Positions 55,519 to 64,000 of a stretch of DNA of 64,000 nt are shown here, piece by piece. The stretch's first letter is position 1. Every line of letters begins with the position of its first letter. This DNA is from an uncultured Actinomycetota bacterium. Its GTDB lineage: Bacteria > Actinomycetota > Acidimicrobiia > Acidimicrobiales > Bog-793. The DNA lies in the NCBI GenBank assembly GCA_963765505.1, contig CAVXWO010000006.1, positions 130,090-194,089 on the forward strand. Reading direction: 5' to 3'. The notes beneath the pieces are model-generated. The model was given only the letters and a program-made list of their open reading frames with translations, searched no databases and was not told the DNA's origin. Made by a program: the position numbers and the translations under genes.

Positions 55519-56196
55519 TCAGCTGGCGACGAGCTGGTAGCCGATGCCCGGGTGCGTGCGCAACAGGTGGCCGTCCTCGTCGCCGAGCTTCTGGCGGAGT
55601 CGGTGGGCGTAGACGCGCAGGTAGTGGGTCTCGCTGCCGTAGGCCGGGCCCCACACCTCCTTCAGGATCATGTGGTGGGTGCAGACCTTCCCGGCGTGAC
55701 GGGCGAGGTAGGCGAGGAACTCGAACTCCCGGGCCGTCAGCTCGAGCGGCCGGCCGTCCATCGAGGCCTCGTGATGGACGAGGTCGACGACCAGCTCCCC
55801 GACCACGACCTCCGACGGCTGGGCGCCGTTCGGGCTCTTGGCGTGGCGGAGCGCCACTCGAAGGCGCGCCTCGAGCTCGGCCATGCCGAAGGGCTTCGTG
55901 ACGTAGTCGTCGGCGCCGCCGTCGAGGGCGGCGACCTTGCGCTCCTCGGCGCCCGCCGCCGAGAGCACCACCACCGGGACGTCGGAGAACTCCCGCACCC
56001 GGTGGCAGACCTCGATGCCGTCCATGTCGGTGAGGCCGAGGTCGAGGACCACGACGTCGGGCTGCGCGAGGGCCACCTGGGCGACGCCCTCCTCCCCCGT
56101 GCGGGCGAGCACGACGTCGTAGCCACGTGCGGAGAGACCGATTCTCAGTGCCCGGCGCAGCGAGGGGTCGTCGTCGACGACCAGCACGCGGGACAT
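55519..56196 (-). CDS. kdpE: OmpR-family response regulator, KdpE paralogue 2 (adjacent to the kinase)
   Basis: ORF 55519..56277, start at ATG 56196 one nt after the kinase stop (MSRVLVVDDD). The receiver residues are intact. The wHTH has THYLRVYAHRLRQKL...THPGIGYQLV. Confidence 0.87.
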   Translation of the reverse strand: MSRVLVVDDDPSLRRALRIGLSARGYDVVLARTGEEGVAQVALAQPDVVVLDLGLTDMDGIEVCHRVREFSDVPVVVLSAAGAEERKVAALDGGADDYVTKPFGMAELEARLRVALRHAKSPNGAQPSEVVVGELVVDLVHHEASMDGRPLELTAREFEFLAYLARHAGKVCTHHMILKEVWGPAYGSETHYLRVYAHRLRQKLGDEDGHLLRTHPGIGYQLVAS

Positions 56197-56197
56197 C

Positions 56198-57689
56198 TCA
56201 GGCGATCTCCGTCGGGACCTGCGCCACGGGCAGGGTGAACACGAAGCGCGCCCCGCCACCGGGCGCCTCCTCGGCATGGATCTCCTGCCCGTGCGCCTCC
56301 ACGAAGGCCTTGGCGATCGTCAGGCCGAGCCCCGCTCGGCCCCCGCCGCTGATGCGGTTGAACATCTGGAAGACGCGCTCGCGCTCCTCCTCCGGCACAC
56401 CGGGGCCGTGGTCCTCGACGGCGACCTCGACGACCTGGCCGGCGCGCCTCGCCTGCACCTCGATCACCGTGCCCTCGGGCGCGTGACGGTGGGCGTTCTC
56501 CAAGAGGTTGGCCAGGACCTGGGCGACGAGGAGGTGGTCGACGTCGAGGAGCGGGAGGTCGCCCACGAAGTTCGTCTTCACGCGACCGCGCTCGAGCTCG
56601 GCGCCGAGCGCTCCCAGTCCCTCCTCCACGAGCTCGGAGAGCGCCGTCGGCTCAGGGTGCAGCTCGAGCGCGCCCGCCTGGATGCGCGTCATGTCGAGCA
56701 GGTTGGCGACAAGGCGCGCCAGGCGGTCCGACTGCACCTCGATCAGCTCCAGGAGCTCGTCCACGTCGTCGGGGCTGAGCGCCACGTCGTGGCGGCGGAG
56801 GTCGGACACCGCAGCCTTCACGGCGGCGAGCGGCGTGCGCAGGTCATGGGAGACGGCGCCCATGAGCGCCCCCCGCCACCGGTCGACCTCCTCCAGCAGC
56901 GCCGTGCGCAGCGCCTGCTCGCGGAGCTGGGAGCGCTCGAGCGCGAGCGCCGCCTGGTTGGCGTAGGTCCGCAGCAGCTCCTGGTCGTGCACGTCCAGCG
57001 GACCGCCGGCGGCGACGAGGAGGCCGAGCGGCCGGCCAGAGGAGACCAGCGGCACGACCATCATCTCGCCGCCCGGGACCGCGCGTCGTCCCGACATCGG
57101 GACGACGCTCCGCCGCTCGCCGCCCGAGGGCGAGACTGCTCGCAGCTCGTCGGGCGAGAGCGGGGTGCCCGCCTCGGCGGCCACGCGCACCTCGTCGCCC
57201 GTCGGGAGCAACAGCGCGGCAGAGCGGAGCGAGAAGGCGCGCTGCATCGTGAAGACGATCCGCCCGAGCAGGTCGGCGAGCGGCGTCACGCCGATGAGGA
57301 CGTCGGAGAGGTCGAACAGGTGCCGGGTCTGCACCTCGCGCCGGCGCGCCCTCGGCGCGCGCCGCATCGACGCGCGCCACCACGCGGGCGGCGACGAGCA
57401 TCACGACGACGTACACCGCGAGGGCGGTCCAGTTCTGGGCGTTGCCGACCGAGAGCCTGCCGTACGGCGGGATGAAGAGGAGGTCGTCGGCGAGGAAGCC
57501 GGCCGCCACGGCGAGGGCGCCGGCACGAAAGCCCCCGGCGGCGACGGCCAGCACGACGGGCACGACGAGGACGAGCGCCGTGGTGGCGACGCTCAGGTGC
57601 GAGCGGAAGGGGAGCATCAGGGCGCAGAGCGCCCCGACCGTGCCGAGGGCGACGACCGAGCCGCGCAGACCTCGTCCAAATGAGCTCAT
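56198..57689 (-). pseudogene. kdpD: KdpD-type sensor histidine kinase, membrane + GAF-like + HisKA + HATPase part only (lacks the KdpD-N/Usp domains); frame broken near 57345
   Basis: The 4-TM (DUF4118-like) block is in ORF 56844..57689 (LVLVVPVVLAVAAGGF...FLADDLLFIPPYGRLSV...WTALAVYVVVMLVAARV). The H-box GAVSHDLRTPLAAV, N-box LLENAHRHAP and DHGPGVP...GLGLTIAK are in ORF 56198..57367. Confidence 0.85.
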
Positions 57690-57735
57690 GAGCCTCGCGC
57701 ACCGCCTTCGATCCGTTTTTCGAGTCTACGGGGTC

Positions 57736-57766
57736 GTGCGGGCGGCCCCCGGGGCTCCGCCCGCAC
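57736..57766. other. 10-bp perfect inverted repeat in the 110-nt divergent region between the two kdpD halves
   Basis: gtgcgggcgg - cccccggggct - ccgcccgcac, read directly from the sequence. Confidence 0.3.
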
Positions 57767-57798
57767 GCGTCCCCCCGGCGAGCGGCGAGAATGGCGCG

Positions 57799-59004
57799 AT
57801 GGCTGAGCTCGGCGTGGTGGTGGACGAGGGCGAGGCGCAAGCCGTCCAGCCCGCCGGACGGTTCCGCATCTACCTCGGCGCCGCCGCCGGCGTCGGAAAG
57901 ACGTACGCGATGCTCGACGAGGGGCGCCGTCGCCACGAGCGTGGGCGCGACGTCGTCGTCGGCTTCGTCGAGACCCACGGCCGGGCGCACACCGCCGAGC
58001 TCATCGGCTCCCTCGAGGTCGTGCCGCGCAAGAAGGTCGAGTACCGGGGCGCAACCTTCGAGGAGATGGACCTCGACGCCGTGCTCGCCCGCCGTCCGGA
58101 GATCGCGCTGGTCGACGAGCTCGCCCACACCAACGTGCCGGGCTCGGGACGCAACGAGAAGCGGTGGCAGGACGCGCTCGAGTTGCTCGAGGCCGGGATC
58201 GCCGTGGTGAGCAACGTCAACATCCAGCACCTGGAGAGCATCGCCGACGCGGTCGAGCGGATCACCGGCGTCACGATCCGCGAGCGCGTCCCGGACTGGG
58301 TCGTGCGCCGGGCCGACCAGCTCGAGCTCGTCGACTCCTCGCCCGAGCAGCTCCGCCGCAGGATGCTCCACGGGAACATCTACCCGGCCGCGAAGGTCCC
58401 GGCGGCGCTCGGTGGCTTCTTCCGCACGGAGAACCTCGTGGCGCTGCGCGAGCTGGCGCTGCGATTCGTCGCCGACGAGACGGAGGAGGACCTCCTCGAG
58501 TTCCTCGCCAGCCGCCACGTCGAGATGGTGTGGGAGACGGCCGAGCGCATCATGGTCGCGGTCACCGGCGCCCCCGGGACCGACGCCGTGCTGCGGCACG
58601 CGGCGCGCATCGCGGCCCGCGTGAAGGCCGACCTGCTCGTCGTGCACGTCGCCAGCGACGACGTCAGCAGCAAGGTGACGAAGGAGGCCGTGGAGCAGGC
58701 GCGGCGCCTCGCCGAGGACGTCGACGGACACTGGTTCGACGTGCGTGGCGAGGACCCGGCCCGGGCGCTCGTGGTGTTCGCCCGCGAGCACCAGATCACC
58801 CAGATCGTGCTCGGCTCGTCGCGCCGGAGCCGGCTCGAGGAGCTGACGAAGGGCTCGGTCGTGAGCCGGGTGCTGCGCTTCGCCGCCGAGGAGGGGATCG
58901 ACGTGCACGTCATCGCCCGGCGCACCGAACGCGAGCTCGAGCAGGAGCGGGAGCGGGGCAAGGAACGCGGACGCGATCGGGAGCGCGCCGACGACCGTGG
59001 CTGA
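57799..59004 (+). CDS. kdpD: stand-alone KdpD N-terminal sensor domain + Usp domain protein (401 aa)
   Basis: ATG 57799 within ORF 57442..59004. It has the P-loop-like GAAAGVGKTYAML, VVGFVETHGRAHT, DELAHTNVPGS and NVNIQHLES, followed by a USP fold MVAVTGAPGTDAVLRHAARIA...IVLGSSRRSRLEELTKGSV. There are no TM helices and it ends in a charged tail. Confidence 0.85.
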   Translation: MAELGVVVDEGEAQAVQPAGRFRIYLGAAAGVGKTYAMLDEGRRRHERGRDVVVGFVETHGRAHTAELIGSLEVVPRKKVEYRGATFEEMDLDAVLARRPEIALVDELAHTNVPGSGRNEKRWQDALELLEAGIAVVSNVNIQHLESIADAVERITGVTIRERVPDWVVRRADQLELVDSSPEQLRRRMLHGNIYPAAKVPAALGGFFRTENLVALRELALRFVADETEEDLLEFLASRHVEMVWETAERIMVAVTGAPGTDAVLRHAARIAARVKADLLVVHVASDDVSSKVTKEAVEQARRLAEDVDGHWFDVRGEDPARALVVFAREHQITQIVLGSSRRSRLEELTKGSVVSRVLRFAAEEGIDVHVIARRTERELEQERERGKERGRDRERADDRG

Positions 59005-59021
59005 CCGGACGGCCGTACGGC

Positions 59022-59815
59022 TCACCAGGAGCCGGCGGCCCACGCCATGCGGCGCCCGTCGCGCGCCTCGACGTGGACCGCGAGGCCGTAGCACTCGCTG
59101 AGCGGCCCGTCGCGCAGCACCTCGCCGGCGGTGCCGGACGCCACGGAGAGCCCGTCGCGGAGGAGCAGAGCGTGGCTCACCGAGCTCGGGAGCTCCTCCA
59201 GAGTGTGCGCCACCTGGATCGTCGTCGGGCCGTCGCGCTCGTGCGCCAGATCGTCGAGCGCCGCCACGAGCGCCTCGCGCCCGGGCAGGTCCACGCCGAC
59301 GACCGGCTCGTCGAGGAGCAGCAGCTGGTGGCGGCCGAACAGGAGCGCGCGATCAGCACCCGCTGGCGCTCTCCCTGCGAGCAGTGACCGAAGGGCTGCT
59401 CCGCCAGCTGGTCGCAGCGCAGCCGCTTCAAGAGCGCGTGCGCCTCCTCCCGGTCGGTGTCGTCGAACTCGCCCCACCACGGCGCCAACAGGCCGTCCTT
59501 GCCCGTGAGCACGATCTCCAGCGCGCTCGCCTGGAACGGCAGGCGGTCCGAGATGCTGTGGCCGACGACCCCAATCCGCCGGCGCAGCTCGCGCATGTCG
59601 GTCCTGCCGAGCTCCTGGCCGAGGACGTGCACGCTGCCCGCCGACGGATGGCGCTGCGCGCCGAGGAGCGAGAGCAGGGTCGTCTTGCCGGCGCCGTTCG
59701 GGCCGAGCAGCGCCCAGTGCTCGCCCGTCCGCACCTCGAGCGACAGCGGGCCGAGCACCCGCCGGCCATCGACGGACACGATGGCGGCGTCGACGTGGGC
59801 GGCGGGCTCGGGCAT
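59022..59815 (-). pseudogene. orphan ABC transporter ATP-binding protein (no adjacent permease); frame broken near 59348
   Basis: Walker A GPNGAGKTTLL and the signature-like CSQGERQRVLIAR are in ORF 59177..59851. Walker B LLLLDEPVVGVD and the remainder are in ORF 59022..59882. Start taken at MPEPAAH (59815). Confidence 0.8.
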
Positions 59816-60014
59816 CGCCGCATTGCAGCAGGCGGACGGTGGCGGGCGCAACGTGGAGGCTCCCGGTGCGAGCGCGCCGCAACGACCACGGGCGCGCGCC
59901 CCGCCCGGGCGCGGCGCGCCCGGGCAGCGAGACCGCCGGCGGGCCCGAAGGTCCCGCCGGCGATCGTTGTTCCCACCGCGATCGGCGCCGGCGACAGCGC
60001 CGGCGCCCGGGCGG

Positions 60015-60590
60015 TCAGGCCTGGAGAACGGCCTCCGCGTCGATCTCGATCTTGATCGTCTTGCCGACGAGCACGCCGCCGGTCTCGAGCGCGACGTTCC
60101 AGGTCAGCCCGAAGTCCTCGCGGTCGATCTCGGTCACGGCCGAGAAGCCGATCCGCTTGCCGCCCCACGGGTCCCCGCTCGCGCCGTTGAACTCGACGTC
60201 GAGGACGACGGAACGGGTGACGTCTTTGATGGTGAGGTCGCCCTCCACGATCCAGTGGTCGTGGCCCTTCGGCGACACCTTCGTGCTGCGGTAGGTCATG
60301 ACCGGGTGGCTCTCGGCGTCGAAGAAGTCGCCCGAGCGCAGGTGCCCGTCGCGCTGCTCGTCACGAGTGTCGATACTGGCGACCTGGATGGTCGCCTCGA
60401 CGTGCGACTCCAGCGGGTTCTCGGCGACGGTGATCGTGCCCTCCACGTCGTGGAAGGTGCCGCGCACCTTGGCGACCATGACGTGGCGCGCCACGAAGCT
60501 GACGGCGCTGTGCGATTTGTCGATCGTGTACGCGCCCGGGATCGGCACCGTCTCGTCGTCGACGGTCCTGGTGAGCGTGGTATCAGCCAT
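60015..60590 (-). CDS. YceI family protein
   Basis: ORF 60015..60590 has YTIDKSHSAVSFVARHVMVAKVRGTF, DTRDEQRDGHLRSGDFFD and LTIKDVT, which is the YceI lipid/polyisoprenoid-binding barrel pattern. Confidence 0.9.
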   Translation of the reverse strand: MADTTLTRTVDDETVPIPGAYTIDKSHSAVSFVARHVMVAKVRGTFHDVEGTITVAENPLESHVEATIQVASIDTRDEQRDGHLRSGDFFDAESHPVMTYRSTKVSPKGHDHWIVEGDLTIKDVTRSVVLDVEFNGASGDPWGGKRIGFSAVTEIDREDFGLTWNVALETGGVLVGKTIKIEIDAEAVLQA

Positions 60591-60663
60591 TGCAGTGCTC
60601 CTTCTCCGCTCATTCGAGCGTCTCGCGTCCCGACCCTGTGCGGTGACACCCTAGCGAACAACA

Positions 60664-60678
60664 ATTGCATACGCAACT
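60664..60678. promoter_or_regulatory. AT-rich pseudo-palindrome in the yceI/marR divergent region (candidate MarR operator)
   Basis: aaTTGCatacGCAAc is the only AT-rich patch between the two start codons. Confidence 0.25.
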
Positions 60679-60708
60679 ATTCCGGCGGAAGCGGCTAGAC
60701 TCACGCTC

Positions 60709-61302
60709 ATGGCGAGCAGCACTGATCGTGGCGAGGTGGAGCCGGATGGGGGCGCCGGCCTCGTGCTGGAGCGCGCCGGCGGCGGGCAGGGCGGGGAGCG
60801 AGCGGACCGGATCACCCTGGTCGGCCTCGTGCTCGAGAGCGCCCTCGGCCTCCGCCGGGCGCTCGGTCCCGGGCACGACTGCGAGGTCGGGATCAGGGGC
60901 CAGTCCTTCGAGATCCTGCTCCGCCTGCTGCGCACCCCGGGGAACCGGCTCCGCATGAGCGACCTCGCCGCCCAGACGGGGCTCACCCCGAGCGGGCTGA
61001 CGCCGCGCCGTCGACCGCCTCGTCGACGCCGGTCTCGTCGCCGCGAGCTGTGCGTGAGCGACCGCCGCGGCGCGTTCGCGCTCCTCACCGAGGCGGGTGC
61101 CGGGCGCGCCGCGGAGGCCGTGGCCCACCACGAACGTGACATCGACGACCTCCTCGCGGGTCTCTACTGCCCCGGGGAGGAAGAGGAGCTGGCCGCGCTG
61201 CTGCGGCGACTACGCGATCGCGTCGCCCCCGAGGCCACGCTCGTCAGCGAACCGACGCCGGACGCGCCCGCCGAGGTGAAGCCGCCGGCCGATCCCCATT
61301 AG
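60709..61302 (+). pseudogene. MarR-family transcriptional regulator; two compensating indels (~60993 and ~61040) scramble ~15 codons of the wing/recognition region
   Basis: ORF 60709..61302 reads ...RMSDLAAQTGLTPSGLT, then PRRRPPRRRRSRRREL, then CVSDRRGAFALLTEAG. The +1 frame of the scrambled stretch reads RAVDRLVDAGLVA, the expected MarR sequence. Confidence 0.75.
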
Positions 61303-61335
61303 CGTCGGCGGCGGCGGACGCACTGGGAGGACGCG

Positions 61336-64000
61336 ATGGCACGGAACAGCTTCGGGGCGGAGAGCGGCCTGGAGGTCGGGGGCAGGCGCCACACGATCCA
61401 CCGTCTCGCGCCGCTGGCGGCCGACCACGACGTCGAGCGGCTCCCGTTCTCGCTGAAGGTCCTCCTCGAGAACCTGCTCCGCAACGAGGACGGCGTGAAC
61501 GTCCGCGCCGAGGACATCCAGGCCCTCGCCGGCTTCGCCGACCACGGCCCCGGCGAGCGCGAGATCGCCTTCTCGCCGGCGCGCATCCTCCTGCAGGACT
61601 TCACCGGCGTCCCCTGCGTCGTCGACCTCGCGGCGCTCCGCGACGCCGTCGAGCAGCTCGGCGGCGCCACGCAGCGGGTCAATCCCCAGGTCCCGGTGGA
61701 CCTCGTGATCGACCACTCGGTGATCGCCGACGTCGCGGGGCGTCCCGACGCGTTCGCCGTCAACGCCCAGCTCGAGTTCGAGCGCAATGCCGAGCGCTAC
61801 CGGTTCCTGCGCTGGGGCCAGCAGGCCTTCTCGAACTTCCGGGTCGTCCCGCCGGACACGGGGATCTGCCACCAGGTCAACCTGGAGCTGCTCTCCCAGG
61901 TCGTCTTCACCGACGCCGCAGGCAACGCCTACCCCGACACGCTCGTCGGCACCGACTCGCACACGCCGATGGTGAACGGGCTCGGGATCGTCGCCTGGGG
62001 CGTCGGCGGCATCGAGGCCGAGGCGGCGATGCTCGGCCAGCCGATCTCGATGCTCATCCCGAAGGTCGTCGGGCTGCGTCTCGACGGCGAGCTGCCCGAG
62101 GGTGCCACCGCCACCGACCTCGTGCTCACGATCGCCGAGCTGCTCCGGGGCCACGGCGTGGTCGGCACGTTCGTCGAGTGCTACGGCCCCGGCGTCACGA
62201 ACGTCCCACTCGAGAACCGGGCGACGATCGGCAACATGTCGCCCGAGTACGGCTCGACGGTGACGATCTTCCCGATCGATGCCGAGACCCTTCGCTACCT
62301 CGCCTTCACCGGCCGCTCGCCCGAGCAGGTCCGCCTCGTCGAGGCGTACGCCAAGGAGCAGGGGCTCTGGCACGAGCCCGACGCCGAGCCCGTGTTCTCC
62401 GAGACGCTCGCGCTCGACCTGTCGAGCGTCGTGCCGAGCCTCGCCGGTCCGGCGCGGCCCCAGGACCGGGTCCCGCTCGACCGGGCCAAGCCGATGTTCG
62501 CCGAGGCGCTGGCGAAGGCGCTCGCCGGGAGCGGCGCCGCCGGGAGCGGCGAGCGCCCCCACGCCGAGACGCCCGTCGAGCTCGCGGACGGGACCGAGCT
62601 CCAGCTCGACCACGGCCACGTCGTCATCGCGGCCATCACGAGCTGCACGAACACCTCCAACCCCCAGGTCATGCTCGCCGCCGGCCTCCTCGCCAAGCGG
62701 GCCGTCGACGCGGGCTCTCGGTCAAGCCGTGGGTCAAGACCTCGCTCGCCCCCGGCTCGCGCGTCGTCGTGGACTACTACGAGCGGGCCGGGCTCATGCC
62801 GTACCTGGAGAAGCTCGGCTTCGGCCTCGTCGGCTTCGGCTGCACCACCTGCATCGGCAACTCGGGGCCGCTCGCCCCCGAGATCTCCGCCGCGATCGGC
62901 GAGCACGACCTCGCGTGCGTCGCCGTGCTGTCGGGGAACCGGAACTTCGAGGGGCGCATCCACCCGGACGTCCGGATGAACTACCTCGGCTCGCCCCCCC
63001 TCGTCGTCGCGTACGCCCTCGCCGGGACGATGGACATCGACCTGTACAACGACCCGATCGGCGAGGACGGCGCCGGCGAGCCGGTGTTCCTCCGCGACCT
63101 GTGGCCGAGCCAGGCCGACATCGTGGCGGCGGCGCAGCAGTCGGTGCTCGCCTCGATGTACCGGGACGACTACGCCGACGTCTTCGCGGGCGACGAGCGC
63201 TGGCGCTCACTCGAGGTCGGCGCCGGGGACCGCTACGAGTGGGACGACATCTCGACCTACATCCGCAGGCCGCCCTACTTCGACGGCATGGGCGCCGAGC
63301 CCGGGCCGCTCACCGACGTCGCGGGCGCTCGGGTGCTCGCGCTCCTCGGCGACAGCGTGACCACCGACCACATCTCGCCAGCGGGGTCGATCAGGCCGAC
63401 GAGCCCGGCCGGTGCCTGGCTCCAGGCCCACGGCGTCGAGCCGCGCGACTTCAACTCCTACGGCGCGCGCCGTGGCAACCACGAGGTGATGATCCGCGGC
63501 ACCTTCGCCAACATCCGCATCCGCAACCGCCTCGCGCCGGGCACCGAGGGCGGGGTGAGCGTCCACCTCCCCGACGGCGAGCAGGCTGCGATCTACGACG
63601 TCGCCCAGCGCTACCTGGAAGAGGGCACGCCCCTCGTCGTCCTCGCCGGCAAGGAGTACGGCTCAGGCTCGTCGCGGGACTGGGCGGCCAAGGGCACGGC
63701 GCTGCTCGGCGTACGGGCGGTGCTCGCCGAGAGCTTCGAGCGGATCCACCGGTCGAACCTCATCGGGATGGGCGTGGCGCCGTTGCAGTTCCTCCCGGGT
63801 GACAGCGTCGAGTCGCTCGCGCTGAGCGGCCACGAGCTCTTCTCGATCACCGGGCTCGCCGGGGCCACGGCGGACGAGCTGATCGGCAGGAGCGTCACCG
63901 TCCGCGCCGACGGCGCGCAGTTCCAGGCGCTGCTCAGGATCGACACCGAGACGGAGGCCGAGTACTACCTCCACGGGGGCATCCTGCGCTACGTCGTGCG
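61336..64000 (+). pseudogene. acnA: aconitate hydratase A (runs past the window end); frame broken near 62713
   Basis: ORF 61336..62979 has [20 protein letters not shown] and [13 protein letters not shown]. From ~62713 the next frame continues with [13 protein letters not shown]...[10 protein letters not shown]...[11 protein letters not shown]...[12 protein letters not shown] out to position 64000. Confidence 0.95.

Overview
High-GC (by eye above 70%, not computed) actinobacterial-type chromosomal core segment that is almost entirely coding. The backbone is the conserved actinobacterial block argS-lysA-hom-thrC-rho-rpmE-prfA-prmC-tsaC ... wecA-atpI/B/E/F'/F/H/A/G/D/C, all on the minus strand. 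Here it is interrupted by an MFS transporter, an ABC-2 exporter pair, rpiB and glyA, and it lacks thrB. Left flank: ligA (partial), mnmA, iscS, an esterase, a galT-like gene, mak-treS, murA, glpX, a GGDEF-EAL protein and a 2H-phosphoesterase/GNAT fusion abutting atpC. Right flank: tRNA-Arg(CCG), an orphan LigB-type dioxygenase, a MocR-type regulator divergent from metE-metF, DUF3224, an aldo-keto reductase and a complete kdpFABC operon. The kdp operon has an unusual regulatory module: two kdpE paralogues flank a usp gene, and kdpD is split into a TM/kinase gene and a divergently transcribed N-terminal sensor gene. Further right are an orphan ABC ATPase, yceI/marR and acnA, which runs off the window. 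I saw no CRISPR array, transposase, integrase, phage or recognisable defence genes. Major caveat: about 33 reading-frame breaks interrupt 18 otherwise well-conserved genes, several of them essential (atpA, atpG, murA, glyA, rho, argS, rpmE). I read these as assembly or base-calling indels. They are typed 'pseudogene' below only because the frame is broken in the sequence as given. I did not find a convincing wholly new system. The best leads are the split-KdpD/duplicated-KdpE/Usp module, an ATP-synthase delta subunit with a duplicated N-terminal domain that is not fused to b, and the 2H-GNAT fusion appended to the atp operon.
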